NCBI GenBank assembly: GCA_032718475.1 | Contig: JAUCBJ010008831.1 | Coordinates: forward strand, 10,842 to 74,841 | Direction: 5' to 3' | DNA: 64,000 nucleotides | Source: Nemertoderma westbladi | Taxonomy: Eukaryota; Animalia; Xenacoelomorpha | In this document: positions 59,835-64,000 of the stretch, one piece after another | Numbering within the stretch: position 1 is the first letter of the stretch | Layout: the number at the start of each line of letters is the position of its first letter | Notes under the pieces: generated by a model | The model's input: the letters and a program-made list of their open reading frames with translations, nothing else | Told to the model about the DNA's origin: nothing | The model's database searches: none | Position numbers and translations under genes: made by a program

Positions 59835-62800
59835 TACTTACGCATTTCGGCCTCTTGTTTCCGCATTTCACCCCATTTCCCTATCCAGTGCCCGCCATGC
59901 TGTCGTGAAGCCGCCCTCTATTCCTTGATATTGCCTCACGATATCGTATGCTGGGCCTCCCGTGTACACTTGTAGATACTTTAGGCACTCCGCCTGCGTC
60001 AAGTTTTTTGTTAGTATTTCGTTGCTATACATGCGCCGAAACTGTAGATATTCTTCTGGCCTGCTCCCATCGAATTTGAATGGTTCCACGGGTGGTAGCT
60101 CGATCCTCGTTTTCAACGCATCGATCAACGTGGCCATCCCCATCGCCTGTGCTTCCAATGGGTTCGATGGATGCTGTATAGTTTCTCCTGTCTGGTGCGT
60201 TCCGTCTGTCCTATTTCTTGACTTCCTCTTGACTTGGGTACGTCATCGGGGGTAGCGGCCCCCTCCATATGTCTGTATCACACGACCTATTCTCATCCAA
60301 GGGTCTCGTTGTTCTTGCTCCTATCGGGGTATATTGTTGATATTGTGATGGGGGAATGTCACCCTGTCCCCCCCCCCCACCGGTATGTTTGGTACTGGGG
60401 TTGATGTTAATATGTTGGGGCCCATGCACCTATCCGCAATAATTCCCCCCTCCCCTGGGTATATGTTGTGTCCCTGCATGCTGTAGTCATACTGCTGTAC
60501 TGGTACCGGTATAGGCCTATCAGCTTCTGGCCTACCCGCCGGTATGTATTCCGCGACTTCCGGGTTTAATCCCGTTGTCCACGCTATCCTATCGCCTACG
60601 TTGCCTCTCTCAGTATGGCCTATGGTATGTGCAGTAAGGCCTACAGTATGTCCTACAGTCTGCATGTGTTGTTCGGGATCGAAGTTTATTCTTCTCGAAT
60701 AGTCCTCCCCGCGGCTACCGTATTCTCGATCGGTAGGTATATTCCGTCGGAAAGTTTCTCTTCGACCCCCCTCTCTACTGTTCTCGTCTTCGTACCGGTA
60801 CATCACGTACCCCTCCATCGGCGCGTAGCGCGCCTCGCCGGGTCGCATCTCTCCGGGGCGACGGCAATCTCCCGGAGTCCGACCCCACTGACTCTCCGTC
60901 CTCATCTCAACTACCGATGGCTCGCTATCCGTCCTCGCTCTTCTATCGTTCGCGGCGATACCTCTACTATTGTCTTCTCTTCTTCTCCTTTCAGTGGAGT
61001 ATTCCCGCTCGTGAGATCTCTCGTCGACCTCCCGGTTAAACCCCACTGTTCTTCTTCCCTCTTCTGTCTGGGCTCGACGCTTCGTCCGACCTCTCACGAC
61101 GTCAACCTGTCTCTCTCTGCTCGGTCGCACGCCGCTGGGGATACTCGCAATCCCCCTATTACTTTCCGTCGCCGGTTGTTGCGGTTTACCTATTTCGGCC
61201 CTCGCATTATCCGCTGACGGCTGTGGGACACTCTCTGCCCCCCCCCCTTTCGCCGCTAACTCGCTGTTGTGGGGCTCTCGTAGCCCCCCTCCCCCACTCG
61301 CCACATCTAACTTCGCTATCTCTCATCCCGCTACTATATCCCTCTCTAGTCGACACATCAACCCTACCGCGGTCGGGTCTATTCACCCCCGCCTCTCTCT
61401 CTGCTATTGCGTGGCCTACCAGGCTCTCGCTGGGTCCATCCAACCCAGCCACTCCCTGCCTACCAACTACGTGGCCTACCAGGCCCTCGCCGGGTCTACC
61501 TAACTCAGCCACTCCCTGCCTACCAACTACGTGGCCTACCAGGCCCTCGCCGGGTCTACCTAACCCAGCTACTTCCGGCCTACTAACTACGTGGCCTACC
61601 AGGGCCCCATCTGTTTGGCCATACACGCCCGACGTGTTTACATTAATAGCACCCGTATTGGAAACGGAATTAATTTGTTCGTTCGAAATAAAATCATTTG
61701 AATTATCTTGCGCGACTACACTATCTGAATTATTTTGTAAATTCGGGCTTGGATCATTATTTAGATTATTTGAATTATTTTGTGTAACTACGTTAATATT
61801 AGAATTATTTTCTACATTAATATTAGGATTATTTTGATTTAAATTTAAATTACTACCACTAGACAAAGTATTTCCTGCAATAAAAGTTTGATTAGAATTA
61901 TCCCATACGGTACTATTAATATTAACCACGTCTACTGTACCATTATCATTATTACCCCCCCCGCCCGTACGGTCACACCAGTTTTGGGTCTGTCGTGCGG
62001 TCCCTGTAAGTGGGGTATTAATAAATGTATCCACGGCCCCTGGCTCCTCTAAAATACTCGAGCCAGTCTCGCTCTCAGACGCCCCCGCCCGCACCATTTG
62101 CAACTCGTGCGCGCGTCTAATCCTATGTTCCGAAAACTCACTTTGGCGTCTCTTTAATTCCTTCTGCTCTCGCTCAGCTTCTGCCATTCTCCTCTCACAC
62201 TCCCGCGTGTCCTGGTCAGCCAACTCTGCTACTCTCCTAGCGCTCTCCCTTCGCCTCGCTTCACGCTCTCTGCGTTCACTTTCCTCCCTCGCCTCACGTT
62301 TCTCGCGTTCCGCCTCACGTTCCTTTCGTTCACTCTCCTCCCTCGCCTCACGTTTCTCGCGTTCCGCCTCACGTTCCTTTCGTTCACTTTCCCACTTCGA
62401 CTACTTTTACCTCCCACTTTTCCACTATCAGCTCGAGACGGTACGCGGCACCTGCCACTCTCACCAGTCTTTCTTTCGCGGAGGATGTAGCAGACTTATC
62501 GGTTATGACGGACTCCCTCCGCCTTCCCGATCTACTAACTTTCCCCCGCTTCCCGGAACTTCCTCCGACCGATGAGGCCGAATCCTCGGGGTTAACCTCG
62601 GATTTGCCCCCTTCTGGTCCCCTCCAACCCACTAATTTTACTCCCCGGGCATCGACCAAGTATGGCCCTATGTACACTGACGCTACGCTAGGTTCCATAC
62701 TCCCACATTCCCATAGTTCGAACAGTTCACTGGCAACCCCCTTCGCTCTCTCCTCGGCTAGTTCTCTCTGCCCAAAACGCATTAGGTAATTAAAGTGTCT

Positions 62801-63995
62801 ATCCGACTCACCTAGTCGTTTCCTCAGTCTCACCTCGTCTATCTTCGCCCCTTCCTTCTTAGCGTCCTTTAGCAGTCTCTGGGTCGCGTTGTAGGCCCGT
62901 CGAAGTCGATCAGAAACCCCGACGTCCTCGTCGCCGATCTCCCTTCCGTCTCTCCGGGTCCGACGTCGTACCGGCGGCCCCACCATCGCCGTTCCGGCGG
63001 GCCGTCCGTCGCCCTCGGCCTGTAGCTGGCCGGCGACATCGGTACCGATGTCTCCTTCGTCTCTCTGCGTCCGGGGCCGCACCGTCGGCCCCACCGTCGC
63101 CGTTTCGGTGGGCCGCTCGTCGCCCTCGGCCTGTGGCTGGCCGGCGACACCGGTGCGTCGACCCCCGTCCCGTGTCGACTCGTCTCCTTCTCCCTCGAAC
63201 TCGTTCTCTCTATCCTCCGACTCGACCTCAGGTTCCAGTTCCCCCTCATCCTGAACTGCCGGATGACCCGTTATCGATGGGTCCGGCGTCGTGGGCCTAT
63301 ATCGCCTGGTTGCGGCCTCGCGGATCGTTAGCTCTTCGTCCGGGGTCCGCGTCGGTGTTATCTCACCCGACTGACTCATCTCGGTTGGTGATCGGTGGAG
63401 TTCAGCTAGCTAGGGCAGCAGTTGTTGTAGTTTAACTAGGGCAGCAGCTCGATTTAGTTACTGTGATGGGATCCAAGAAGGATCCCAGTTTATCCGGTTT
63501 TGGTTCACGCGTCCCCGCCGTGCATAAAGAGTAAATGAGTTTGTGCTGTCTGTTGTATATAATATGATATGCAGATATAGATATAGATATAATATTGTCG
63601 TATATGGAAGGCGGGATACGGTAACTAAAGTCCCGGTCCTTCCCTAGCTAAACTATTGTAACCTAATCTAGCACCGGTATTGCACTGAGATAACTGAATT
63701 GGTATGATTACTGCCAAGTGGCTATATTGCACGGTTGGCCTTGTTACTCTACCTAATCGATGCCTTTCCCCCCTCTGATTGGTTGATACCCTTGTTGGCG
63801 CCCTTTGGAGTGTTCCCGTTCACTCCACCTATTCTCTCTGGGTTAGGGGTTTGGCCCCTGACCCTCATTGTGTGCTTCTCCTTCCCATTCTTATTGGGAT
63901 GGCACGAGTTGGTTAATTGCCCAATCTCGTGGCTCCCAATATTGCTTATCGGCTTATAACTTTATGGGGTGTTAGCGGGATTGAATAAGCTAACA
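59835..63995 (-). mobile_element. Bel/Pao-type LTR retrotransposon, 5' part (LTR + frameshifted long gag), 3'-truncated
   Basis: Overlapping ORFs 62384-63379, 61207-62223 and 60321-61304 lead into DUF1759-like LPPVEPFKFDGSRPEEYLQF...LKYLQVYTGGPA...AWRALDREMG (59868-60158). Internal 57- and 60-bp tandem repeats are present. Confidence 0.85.
63462..63995 (-). repeat. 5' LTR (534 bp)
   Basis: TGT...ACA termini; both ends are homologous to solo LTR 14858-15453. Confidence 0.75.
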
Positions 63996-64000
63996 ATTGT

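Overview
This AT-rich eukaryotic (most likely invertebrate animal) window consists almost entirely of nested transposable elements; I see no convincing conserved host gene. The centrepiece is a three-level nest. A degenerate Polinton/Maverick (19575-45073, ~550-bp TIRs starting AGTAG, 6-bp TSD GGCGTT, pPolB pseudogene) sits in the gag-like ORF of an old Bel/Pao-type LTR element. A young 12-kb non-autonomous Bel/Pao element (20084-32100, near-identical 1.2-kb LTRs, TSD ATTAG, RT/IN deleted, extra zinc-knuckle ORF) sits in the Maverick's left TIR. Other content includes a P element with TIRs and an 8-bp TSD, a Penelope-like element split by a Helentron-type insert carrying a 315-bp satellite, and fragments of Merlin, Academ, LINE, tyrosine-recombinase, MULE, hAT, Kolobok and Helitron elements. 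The most unusual signal is that none of the three Bel/Pao-type LTR/internal junctions has a TGG tRNA primer-binding site. Instead, the bases right after the 5' LTR are complementary to a segment inside the same LTR, which suggests tRNA-independent self-priming. All family calls come from motif recognition by eye; no database search was run.
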